Part shown: one piece after another, positions 36,969-48,500 of the stretch | Layout of the letters: every line of letters begins with the position of its first letter | Numbering within the stretch: position 1 is the stretch's first letter | Virus record (IMG/VR): IMGVR_UViG_3300010885_039212 | Coordinates: 31,734-95,733 of that record | Length of the DNA stretch: 64,000 nt | Direction: 5' to 3' (one strand) | Origin: a virus | Translations under genes and position numbers: made by a program | The notes under the pieces: generated by a model | Told to the model about the DNA's origin: nothing | The model's database searches: none | Seen by the model: the letters and a program-made list of their open reading frames with translations, nothing else

Positions 36969-39136
36969 TGATTACAAGACCTAAAGTTTCTTCCCTGTTA
37001 CCATCACAGGTTCCTGAATTCGTCAGGGAAGACTACACAACATTTGTTGAGTTCCTACAAGCGTATTATGAGTTTGTAGATCAAAACTATAATACAGACT
37101 TTACTGTTTTAAAAGATTTAGATAAAACTCTCGACCATTTCATTGATCATTTTAAAAATGAATTGGCATTTAATATACCATTCACTGTTGTAAATGAAAG
37201 ATTTTTATTAGAAAGAATTAAAGATCAATACCTAGCCAAAGGTTCTGAAGCATCTTTTAAATTATTGTTTAAACTTCTTTTTAATAAAGAAGTGACTGTT
37301 GGATATCCAGCGAAACAAATTTTACGTGCATCAGATGGTAAGTGGAATCAAGATGTTTCTATATTTGTATATGTAAATGCTGGTAATCCAGATAATATTA
37401 TTGGGAAAATTGTTGATGTAGTTACACCAAATAAAATTATTAGAATTCAGGTAGATAAAAAACATACTGTTGAAATTGAAGTAGACCAAGTTGTTCAAAT
37501 TTCAGAACACATATATGAATTATTCATTGACAGAAGGTTTTTTGGTAATATTAGTGTTGGTGATAAAATTCGTTATGGTAATGTGTTTGATGCAACTGTT
37601 TTACCCACAACATCTAACATTACAGTTCAAGTTTCAGGCAAAAAATTTAAAGTTGGAGAATTATATTCCATTGTAAATGGTAATGGGCTTGGTTCAGTTG
37701 TAAAAATAAAAAGAGTTAATTCACTAGGTTCTATTGAAGCACTTGAGTTTGTAAAATATGGTGTAGGATATGCAACAGATTTTACTGCAACATTATATCC
37801 GTATTCAGAAAGACCTCCAGAAGCAAGTCAAACTAATCTCACTACTACAAAAGTTGGTACTGTTTCTAGTATCTATTATAAAGAACCAACTAATGGTTTC
37901 TATGAACAGGGAACAATCAATTATCTTGATTACGTTGCTCAAACTGCGCAAGAAATTATTTCCCAAGGTGTAGGATTAGCCTGGGATGGAACATATAATG
38001 GTACTGTTGTTCGTGAATTTTTCGTTGATAATAAGAGCGTAGTTTTAGATCCAACTTCTCCTGCTGTTGTTAAAATATCATTAAACTCATTAACGAAATA
38101 TCCAGGATATTATACAACAAATGATGGATTCTTGGATGATGCGATTTATATTCAAGATAGTCGTTACTATCAGGCATTTGCATATGTTCTTAAAATTGAT
38201 GAAAGATTAAATACATATCGTTCTGCTGTTAAAACAATGGTTCATCCAGCTGGTATGGCATTGTTCGGTGAGTATGATATTAGAAATGAATTTGATACAG
38301 GAACTTCTTTAGAATTTGCATTAAAAGCATTTTTCTTTAATCATCGTGATGAAGTTTTTGCAACAGAACAAAGTAATCTTGGTATAACGCTTAACAAAGG
38401 TTTTGGCTCTGATCCAGGAATAGATTGGTTAGCTGGTGCTACTGTTAGCATTGGAGATTACATTAATTTTGGTGGTCGAAGATATCTAGTTTCTTCTAAT
38501 GGAATTTTAGGTTCTTCTTCTCCAGTACACACATCTGGATCAGCTTCTAATGGCTCTGCAATATTAGATTTTGTTGGATACTCTAATGTAGATAAAGTTG
38601 TTCCATTAGAAACGCATACATATAATTTTAATAAATTAGTTGATGAAACGACCAGAAATTTAGATTATGTTCAAGATCCACAATCAGTTATAATAGTTGA
38701 TTCAGATGGATTGTTGAATTATTCAATTAGAACTATACCAAACTATACAGTTGGTAAAACACTTGGTTCTAATCTATTATATACATTAGTTTCTGATACA
38801 AATATAACAATACCAAGCGATTCGATACAACCATTTAGCATATCTAAAGCATTAGATGATGCTCCAGTACTTTCTGAATCTATAGATACAAAAGATTCAA
38901 CTAAAGCACTAGATGATAGTCAATCAATAAATGATACAACTGGGGAAGATTCATCGAGAACTGTCCCATATATTGCGCTAAATATGTATATTACTGGTTC
39001 GCATGTCGCTACACCAACTGATAGTGGAGGAAATTACTGGTTCAATCCATATACAGATCCCTATCCAGTATCAAATTCATATTTTTCGAACGATAGCGGA
39101 AATTACACAGAAGGCGAAAGTGCCTTTACAGGATAA
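36968..39136 (+). CDS. gp7: baseplate wedge gp7-like
   Basis: PEFVREDY, YLAKGSE, ASDGKW, IQDSRYYQAFAY, VHPAG. Confidence 0.85.
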   Translation: MITRPKVSSLLPSQVPEFVREDYTTFVEFLQAYYEFVDQNYNTDFTVLKDLDKTLDHFIDHFKNELAFNIPFTVVNERFLLERIKDQYLAKGSEASFKLLFKLLFNKEVTVGYPAKQILRASDGKWNQDVSIFVYVNAGNPDNIIGKIVDVVTPNKIIRIQVDKKHTVEIEVDQVVQISEHIYELFIDRRFFGNISVGDKIRYGNVFDATVLPTTSNITVQVSGKKFKVGELYSIVNGNGLGSVVKIKRVNSLGSIEALEFVKYGVGYATDFTATLYPYSERPPEASQTNLTTTKVGTVSSIYYKEPTNGFYEQGTINYLDYVAQTAQEIISQGVGLAWDGTYNGTVVREFFVDNKSVVLDPTSPAVVKISLNSLTKYPGYYTTNDGFLDDAIYIQDSRYYQAFAYVLKIDERLNTYRSAVKTMVHPAGMALFGEYDIRNEFDTGTSLEFALKAFFFNHRDEVFATEQSNLGITLNKGFGSDPGIDWLAGATVSIGDYINFGGRRYLVSSNGILGSSSPVHTSGSASNGSAILDFVGYSNVDKVVPLETHTYNFNKLVDETTRNLDYVQDPQSVIIVDSDGLLNYSIRTIPNYTVGKTLGSNLLYTLVSDTNITIPSDSIQPFSISKALDDAPVLSESIDTKDSTKALDDSQSINDTTGEDSSRTVPYIALNMYITGSHVATPTDSGGNYWFNPYTDPYPVSNSYFSNDSGNYTEGESAFTG

Positions 39137-39154
39137 TTAATAAAGGAGACTCCT

Positions 39155-39598
39155 ATGAACATAAAAGAAAATTTAAAAGCAACTGGTCGTTTAACTATTA
39201 CAGTTTTTGACAGAGATGGAAATTTAAAAGAAACTAAGACAGTTCCAAACTTAGTTGTTACTGTTGGTAAAAATTATATTGCAAGTCGTATGGCTGGTAC
39301 AGCATCCACTGTAATGAGTCACATGGCTATTGGTGCTGGCGTAGTTAGTCCAGCTGCAGGAGACACTACACTAGGTTCTGAACTTGGTCGTGCATCTTTA
39401 ACATCATTTACAGCATCTACAAATACAGTTACAGCGACCGCTACATTTAATGCGGGTACTGGTACTGGCGCTGTTACAGAAGCTGGTATTTTAAATGCTT
39501 CTTCTGGAGGAACCCTGCTTTGCCGTACTACTTTTCCAGTAGTCAATAAAGCTGCAGGTGACTCTATTGCTATTACTTGGGTTGTTACAGTAAGTTAA
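39155..39598 (+). CDS. virion structural protein (tail-collar/fibre N-terminal like)
   Basis: NLVVTVGK, MAIG.G, VTEAGILNA, VVNK...ITW. Confidence 0.75.
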   Translation: MNIKENLKATGRLTITVFDRDGNLKETKTVPNLVVTVGKNYIASRMAGTASTVMSHMAIGAGVVSPAAGDTTLGSELGRASLTSFTASTNTVTATATFNAGTGTGAVTEAGILNASSGGTLLCRTTFPVVNKAAGDSIAITWVVTVS

Positions 39599-39613
39599 TT
39601 AAAAGAAAACAAA

Positions 39614-42541
39614 ATGCCAATTACATCTTCTTTAATGAAGTCCACTCTGCACAATTCTATTGCAGATGGTATATATAATGAAATAATCACAAAGTCTTCA
39701 AGATATTATTATTTCTTGGGAAGAACATTGGCATGGGAAAATGATTTAACCCCACCTGCACCAGTTGACAGTCATGCTTATGAGTTTAATACTCGTAATG
39801 AAATTATAACGATGAAACAAATTAATGAAACAGATGTTTCTTATGTAGTTCCACGATATAACTGGATAAGTGGAACTGTTTATGATCAATATGATGACCA
39901 ATATTCAACTGAAGTGCAGGGTATTAATTTATTCAATGGTGGTTATGGCTATGGCTCTGCTCCAAATGTATATGTAGGATCCTATGGTGCTAAAAACTGG
40001 GCATCAAATACTGCATATGTTTATGGAGATATGATTATTACAGCAGCTTCTAAAGTTTATGTTGTGACGGATCCAGGAACAAGTGGCGCTACTGCTCCAA
40101 TATTTACAACTGGTACTGCTTTAAATGGTACAGTGACTTTACGTTACATTAGCCATCATGATCAAAATGGAAGTGGTGCCACTGCTGAAGCAACAGTTTT
40201 AGATGGCGCTGTTGTCGATATAACACTTACTCGCAAAGGTATTGGTTATACAGGTAATCCAACAGTTACTATTATCGGTGGTGGAGGTAATGGTGCAGAT
40301 GCTCAAGGTGTTGTAATTGTTTCTCCATCACTTAAACAAAGATTAGAAGATTGTAATTTTTACGTAGTTACTGATGAATTTAATGTTTATCAATGCATTG
40401 ATAATTATAGTGGAGCATTTTCTACAATTAAACCTACTGGAACATCTTCAGATTTTTTAAAGACTTCTGATAATTATATTTGGAAATTTCTTTACAGTAT
40501 TCCAATTGCTTTAAGAAATAAATTTTTAACAGATGCGTATATGCCTGTTATTACTGCTTTAAGAAATCAATTCTATTCAGCTGGTGTATTAAATACTATT
40601 AAGATCGATCAGGCTGGATCTGGTTATACATCAGGAAACATACTCGTTCAGGGTGATGGAACTGCAACATCTGAACCCAAATATATTACTTCATATTCAA
40701 GAGTTTCAGGTGGATCTGGTTATACGACTGTAACGCTTACAGTTGATCCTCCATTTGATGGTGTTTCACCATGGTTACCTTCGCAGTTAGTTTTGATTGG
40801 CCAAAAATTATCTTACCAAAATAATATCTATAAAGTTGCAGTTTCAGGAACTACTTATACGATTGGACCGATTCATCGAAAAGGTATTGTTGCTAATGGA
40901 TCATCATCATTAGAATATATTGGAACTAATATAACTGCCGATGCAATCATATCTAGTGGTGTTATTACTAATTTAAATGTTTATGGAATGCTCAGAGATA
41001 CAGAAATAATTTCAAATGGATCAGGATATACATCTGCACCAACTGTTACGTTTTCTGGCGGAAATGGTATTTCGGCAACTGGACTTGCGGTTTTGCAAAA
41101 CGGATCTGTTACAAAAATTATAATTACAGATCCTGGAATCAATTATATTTCTGCTCCAACTATTACAATAGGAAATTTATGGACAGCATCAACTTCGGTT
41201 AATATCGGTGACCAGATTTTTTATTCAACACGTCTTTATACTGTAACTGGCGCAGGAACTACTGGCTCAACTGCACCAGTTCATCTATCTGGATCTGCAT
41301 CAAATGGTACAGCTACTTTAAAATATGCAGGAATACCTGCAACAGCACTTGCATTTATAAAATATGGTTCTGGATATTCAGCATTTCCACAGACTACAAT
41401 AACTGGTCCGACGGGTTCTGGTGCTTCTATTTCTTTTAGTGGTATTAAAACTGAAGCAAAACTATTACCAATATTTGCAAGTGATTCACTTGGACAAGAA
41501 TGGCAAACTGTAACAGCTTATGGGGTTGGGTTAAAAATTTGGTATTCTAATAGATTATATACAGTTACTACTGCTGGAACTAGTGGAGCGATATACCCAA
41601 CACATAGTTCTGGATCTACATCAAATGGTAGTTGTATTTTAAAATATGAAGGTAGTTTCGGACAGTTAATTGGCGTTCAGATAGATGATCCAGGAGTTGG
41701 TTATACATATGCTACTTTAACAGTTACAGGTACTGGATCTGGCGCAGCAGTTTCTGCAGATCTTTCTCCAGGAAATATTGATTCGCTGCAAGCAAATATT
41801 GAACTGTTGGCAGTCGATGGTAGGATTGTTAATTGTCCAATAATATCAGGTGGATATAATTATACAACTGCCACTGTTACAATAACTGGTGATGGTTCAG
41901 GTGCTACTGCAACTGCACAAATAGCAAATGGCTCAATTACTCGCCTAAATATAACTAATTATGGTTCTGGATATCGCAAGGCAACTATTACTATTAGTGG
42001 TAATGGATATGGAGCTAAAGCAAGAGCAATTATTGGACCATATGGTGGTTATGGAAAAGAAGCCCTAAATAATTTGTATGCTACAACTTTAATGTTTTAC
42101 AGTAATATTTCTTTAGATAAAAATCAAGGATTTAATGTAAATAATGATTATCGTCAGGTTGGTATTATTAAATCTCCAAGACAATATAGTAATACAAATA
42201 ATTTAACCTCAATTTTGGCATCAGCATGCTGGGTAATTTCTGGAATAACTAATCCTACGTTATTTCCACCAGATTCAATTATAACCAGAGTATCAGATTC
42301 TGTGAAATTTAGAATTGTAACAAATACTTCAGCAGCTCTTTTAGTTCAGTCTATAGATAATGCTATCCCAGTTATCGGTAATATATTTTCTAATTCTGGA
42401 TCAGATTTATTTGTAGTTACTGCGGTATCTCCTCCAACGGTAGATAAATATTCTGGAGATTTATTGTTTATAGATAACAAAGCTGCATTTACACCAACAA
42501 CCGATGAAATTGTTACACTTAGAACTGTTCTTAGGTTCTAA
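39614..42541 (+). CDS. gp8: baseplate wedge gp8-like with inserted repeats
   Basis: YYFLGR..AW, VPRYNWISG..YDQY, FYVVT..FNVYQC, YIWKFLY, YSGDLLFIDN. Confidence 0.85.
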   Translation: MPITSSLMKSTLHNSIADGIYNEIITKSSRYYYFLGRTLAWENDLTPPAPVDSHAYEFNTRNEIITMKQINETDVSYVVPRYNWISGTVYDQYDDQYSTEVQGINLFNGGYGYGSAPNVYVGSYGAKNWASNTAYVYGDMIITAASKVYVVTDPGTSGATAPIFTTGTALNGTVTLRYISHHDQNGSGATAEATVLDGAVVDITLTRKGIGYTGNPTVTIIGGGGNGADAQGVVIVSPSLKQRLEDCNFYVVTDEFNVYQCIDNYSGAFSTIKPTGTSSDFLKTSDNYIWKFLYSIPIALRNKFLTDAYMPVITALRNQFYSAGVLNTIKIDQAGSGYTSGNILVQGDGTATSEPKYITSYSRVSGGSGYTTVTLTVDPPFDGVSPWLPSQLVLIGQKLSYQNNIYKVAVSGTTYTIGPIHRKGIVANGSSSLEYIGTNITADAIISSGVITNLNVYGMLRDTEIISNGSGYTSAPTVTFSGGNGISATGLAVLQNGSVTKIIITDPGINYISAPTITIGNLWTASTSVNIGDQIFYSTRLYTVTGAGTTGSTAPVHLSGSASNGTATLKYAGIPATALAFIKYGSGYSAFPQTTITGPTGSGASISFSGIKTEAKLLPIFASDSLGQEWQTVTAYGVGLKIWYSNRLYTVTTAGTSGAIYPTHSSGSTSNGSCILKYEGSFGQLIGVQIDDPGVGYTYATLTVTGTGSGAAVSADLSPGNIDSLQANIELLAVDGRIVNCPIISGGYNYTTATVTITGDGSGATATAQIANGSITRLNITNYGSGYRKATITISGNGYGAKARAIIGPYGGYGKEALNNLYATTLMFYSNISLDKNQGFNVNNDYRQVGIIKSPRQYSNTNNLTSILASACWVISGITNPTLFPPDSIITRVSDSVKFRIVTNTSAALLVQSIDNAIPVIGNIFSNSGSDLFVVTAVSPPTVDKYSGDLLFIDNKAAFTPTTDEIVTLRTVLRF

Positions 42542-42578
42542 TAAATAATAAAGAATTACTTACAGGACAAAGTTTACA

Positions 42579-45500
42579 ATGTTAGATTTTAATACAGAAC
42601 CTTATAATGATGATTTTGACGAAAATAATAAATTCTATAGAATTTTGTTTCGTCCAGGATTTGCTGTACAAGCTAGAGAATTAACTCAGCTACAAACTAT
42701 ACTTCAAAATCAAATTTCTCGTCAGGGTAATCACCTTTTTAAAGAAGGTTCAATGGTAATTCCTGGACAGATTTCTTTAGATACAAAATATAATTATGTA
42801 AAATTACAAATTTTTAACTCCGCTGGTGATATAACTGAATCATTCGTTCAGAATTTAGCTGGAGCTACACTTATAGGAACATCTGGTGTAACTGCAGAAG
42901 TATTAACTGTTGTGAGTGCTTCTGGTGCTGATCCAACAACTCTTTATATAAAATATACATCATCAGGAACAAATAAAACAACATCTAAATTTTCTAATGG
43001 TGAAGTTTTAACTACATCTGATTCTGCATACACTGTTACTGCATTAACAAGTAATGCTGTTGGTACTGGATCCTCTGCTACAATTGAACGTGGTGTATAT
43101 TTTGTAAAAGGGTTTTTTGTTCTTTGTGATCAACAAACTATTATTTTAGACAAATACACCAATTCACCATCATATCGTGTTGGTTTAACTGTTACTGAAA
43201 CAAAATTAACTCCAGAAGATACTGGATATGAACAGCTTTTAGATAATGCACAAAATTCTTTCAATTATGCAGCTCCAGGAGCACATCGTTATTTTATTGA
43301 CTTAACACTAGCAAAAATTCCACTGTTAACAGATGCATTTAGTTGGGCTGCTGGATTAACAGTTGCAAAGGGAGATGTTGTTAAAAATAATGATATTTAT
43401 TATCAAGTAACAGTCGCTGGTAATCTGGGTTCTTCTGCACCTAGCCATACATCTGGTTCTACTAGTAATGGCACATCAACATTACAGTTTATTGAAATAT
43501 ACACTGAATCAACTGACACTGATTCAGATTCTGGATTTATTGAACTTCTTTCAACAGCTGCTGGACAAGTTAAACGTGAAGTTAGTACATCTTCTTATGC
43601 TGAAATTGAAAAAACATTGGCTCGTCGTACATATGATGAATCTGGAAATTATATAACTAAACCATTTACTATTGAGGTTCGTGAATATAGAAATAATGAA
43701 CGTAAACAGTGGACGCAAGGAACTTCTTATTTAATTGGTGATGTGGTTACAAATAACAGTATTACATATGTTGCTAAAAATAGTGCAACATCTGGAATAG
43801 TTCCACCGACACATACTTCTGGAATTGTCACTGATGGTACTGTAAATTGGGAATATAATATGATGCCATATTATAATCGTGGAGTTTATACCCCATCTAA
43901 TTCAGAAAACATTACTGTAAATCAAGAAAACGAAGCAAAATTAGCCATTGGTTTAGAACCAGGAAAAGCCTATGTGCAGGGTTTTGAAATTCAAAAAATT
44001 GCAACTGAATATGTTACTATTGATAAAGCACGAACTTATGATCAAGTCAACAATAGTTATCTAAGCACCAAACTTGGTAATTTTATTTATGTAACAAATC
44101 TTAATTCACTACCACCATTTGATTCATCAACTGGTTGTCCAGAAATCACAATCTATAATAGATTCACTTCTTCTGTTGGTGTAGCACCAAATAATTCTAA
44201 TGTTGCAGCTACTGTTGCTATTTCTTCTACAGGAGGGCAGTTTACATGCGGTAACTCTACTTTAGTTGTGGGTGATTTAATTACTATTACTGGTACAAAA
44301 GCTGGAAGTTCTACGTTCACTGGTTATGTTTCTGGAACAACTTATAAAGTTTCTTCTGTCACTGGTACATCGCCAAATGTAACTGGGTTTACTTTAACAA
44401 CTACTTCTGATGTCGCATTAACAACTGTAGCTGGTACTCTAACTGGATTAACTTATACTGTTGCAAGCGCAACTGCAATTGGCACTGCTCGTGTTCGTGG
44501 TATTGAATATGACAGTGGTACTGCTGGAAGTCAGACAGCAATATACAAATTATATCTGTTTGATATAAATGTTACTGCTGGATATGATATAAGTCGTGAT
44601 GCTAAATGTTTTTACTATAATCGTTCAGATTCTAATCTAAACTTTACCGCAGATATTAAACCAATGACTTTGGACTTAGTTGGTTCAGCAACAACTTATA
44701 ATTCTTATCCAACTAAAGGTGCTTCTACTTCATTGACTGGTATTGGTTCAGCATGGAAAGGTGGAACGCTAACAAGTCCATTACTTAAAGTTGGAGACTA
44801 TATTTATGTAGGTTCTTCTTCAAATATTCGTAGAGTGGTAACTGTTACAAGTAATGGAGTTATCGTTGTTGATTCTTCAGTTACAGTTGATGGTGGAATC
44901 ATTAGTTTAGTTACATCTAAAGTGCAAGAGCCAGCAAATAATTCATTAATATTCTCTCTACCAAACTATGCTATCAAATCTGTTCGTGATGCAAATAATT
45001 CGAATCAGATTATATACTATACAATGAAATATATTTCTGCCAGTACTGGTAGTAGTATCGGTAGTGGAAAATGTGAATTAACAATTAATAGTGGCGGTGG
45101 AGTTTTTGCAGAAACTACAGAAATAGATAATTATATTTTAATGTATAATGATTCTAGTGCAGGTGGTGCTGTAATTGATCCAATTTCTGCTTCTGGTGCA
45201 GGAACTTCACAGGTTAAGTTTTTACTCTCTGATTCTTATGCAAATAAGAATTTCACCGTCATGGCCACAATTAAAAAGATTGGAACTGATGGTGGAGAGA
45301 AAACGAAAACTCTTCAGACAGTCACTCAAACATATACTACACAAGCATCTGCAACCAATTCTATTATATCATTGGGTAAAGCCGATATATTCAGAATTAA
45401 ATCCATCAAGATGGATACGGGTTCTTTTGCTTCGCCAACTGGTACTTATGGATTCAACATTTATGATCGTTATAATTTTGATAATGGTCAGCGTGACGAA

Positions 45501-48500
45501 TATTATGATGTGGGTAAATTGTTCTTAAAGCATTCTTATTCACCTCCTTCAGCGCCTATTTCTGTTGAATTTGAATATTTCTCACATGGTGGTAGTGGAG
45601 ATTATTTCACTATAAATTCATATGGTAATCAAGTTCGTGTAAACGATATTCCTTCATATAATGGAGTATCATTACGTGATGTATTGGATTTCCGTCCAAG
45701 AATTGCAGATGCTGGAGATGTATTTACAAGTACAGGTTCTTCTTTCTCTTTAACACCGAAACGTGGTCAGGATATTACTGTAAGTTATTCATACTATCTG
45801 CCAAGAAAAGATAAAATTGCAATTAGTCAAAATGGTGTATTTTTTGATGTTGCAGGAGTTCCTGCATTAGTTCCAGGTGAGCCATTAGATCCAGCAGTTG
45901 GTATGGTTCTCTACAAATTAACGCTAGAGCCATATACATTTGGAACAACAAATTCAAATATTATTATTGATCAAATTGATAACAAGCGTTATACAATGCG
46001 AGATATTGGTAATTTAGAAAAACGTATTGATAACTTAGAATACTATACGTCTTTAACTTTATTGGAACAAGAAACCAAAGGATTACCAATTACCGATGCC
46101 AATGGTCTTGATAGATTTAAAAATGGATTTATTGTAGATTCATTTACTGGACATAATGTAGGTAATGTACTATCTCCAGATTATTTGTGTTCTGTCGATA
46201 TGCAGAATGGTGAGTTACGCCCATTCTATAATATTAATAATGTAAATTTAATTGAAAGTATTTCTAGCGATAATGATCGTACAACAGCTGGATATAAACT
46301 TTATGGTGATGTAATTACATTACCTGTTGTAGATCATATTCCTATTGTTAAACAAATTTATGCTTCTCGTTTAGAGAACATTAATCCATTTGCTATTTTT
46401 ACATTCCTCGGTGATATTAAACTCAACCCATCTTCAGATGATTGGTTTGAAACACAACGTGCTCCAGATATTATTCGCAACGTAGAGGGTAATTTCAATA
46501 CAATTGCAGCACTTGCTACTCAAGCAGGTATCCTAGGAACTATCTGGAATGCATGGCAGGTTACTTGGGTTGGGCAAGTAGTTCCAGTTGGTGGAGCTTT
46601 AGTTCAGTATACTACAGGCAATAACTGGGCATCCCAGGGGTACATGGGTGACTCTACAGGAAAAAACGTTGGTACTGGAGCAGCTATCTATATTAATGTA
46701 AATGAATTTAATCAGCGTTTCGGTGGTGGTGGCTCTGGTCCAGCACGTCAAGTTTTTGTTACAACTGAAGCACAAACTATTTCTAGATCTAGACTAGGTG
46801 TTAAATCAACACTCGCAGTTCAGATGGACAGACAAATTATTGATGATAAAGTTATCTCAACTACTGTAATACCATATATCCGTAAACGTAACATATTAGT
46901 TCAGGTTAAAAAATTAAAACCAAATACAACATTCTATCCTTATTTTGATAATATTGATGTTAAATCTTATTGCACTCCATCATCTACCATTACATATACA
47001 TTACCAACTGCAACGTCAACAGATTTTGAAACTTCAAAGAACTCTGGTAGTTTAGCAGCTGACCCAGCACGTGTAATTAATACAACAGCTGGTATATTTA
47101 ATTCAGATTATGGTGGTAATATGTGTCTGAATATTGGTGATGTTATTACTGGACAGTCTTCAGCTGCAACTGCAGTTGTAGTTGGAAGAGAATATGATTC
47201 AGATAGCGGAATTAGAAAATTACACGTAATGAATATAAAGGGTACGTTTACTGTAAGCGAAACAATCCTTGGATCTATTTCAGGTGCGCAGGGAACTGTT
47301 ACAGTTCGTGAAGGTAACAGAGTACAAGGTGGTAATTTAATTACAAATGGTTCTGGAGATCTTAACTTTGTATTCTTTATTCCTGATAATGATAATATTA
47401 GATTCCGTACAGGAACACGTGAATTTAAATTACTTGATGTAAGTACTGTAAATGGACAGCAAACATCTTCAGCTAAAGTTCAATATGAAGCCAAAGGTAT
47501 TTTAGAAACTAAACAACAAACAGTTCTTTCTGTCCGCAATGCTCAAATTATTCAAGAGATTGTCAATGAGAATGATACTGTCACTAAAACTATTGATCGT
47601 ATTGCACGAGATACTGGTTGGTATGATCCATTGGCACAAACATTCTTGGTTCAATCTAAAGGTGGCGCTTTCTTAAGTAAAGTAGATATTTTCTTTGCGA
47701 CTAAGGATACTAAAATTCCTGTTACTTTACAAATTCGTGAAGTTGTAAATGGTTATCCAGGTAAACGTATTCTACCATTTTCTGAAGTTACATTAAAACC
47801 AGAGCAGGTAAATATTTCTGGTACTACTGTTGCAATGACTGATGGTTCAGGGTCAAACTATCCAAAGTATGATACACCAACTACATTTACTTTCCCAAGC
47901 CCAATATATGTTCAGGATAATACTGAATATTGTATCGTGTTGGCTTCTGATTCAAATAATTATAAAGTTTGGATTAGTCAGATGGGTGATCAAATTCCAG
48001 CATCTTCAAGAACTATTTCTGAACAACCATACGCTGGTGTACTATTTAAATCTCAGAATGCTTCTACATGGACAGCTAATCAAGATCAAGATTTGAAATT
48101 TACTGTTTATCGTGCGAAATTTGATATTCTTGCACAGGGTAGTGTTGTATTTACAAATGATGTTTTACCAGTTCAAATTATTGATACAAAACCTTTTGAA
48201 ACTGTTTCTGGAACCAATAAACTTCGTGTATGGCATCGTGATCATGGAATGTTTGTAAATTCTAAAGTTCAGTTCGATAATGAAGATACTACAGTTTATG
48301 CTGGAAAAACTTCTTCTGGTGGTACTATTACATGTTCAACTTCAAGTACTACGGTAACTGGTATTGGAACATTGTTTATTGATGATTTTACTGCAGCAAA
48401 TGCAGCGTTATTTAGAGCAAGCGATGGTAAACTTATCGGTATCGTTGATCATTTAACAAATGACACTACTTTGGTATTAAAAGCCAATGCTTCTACAACT

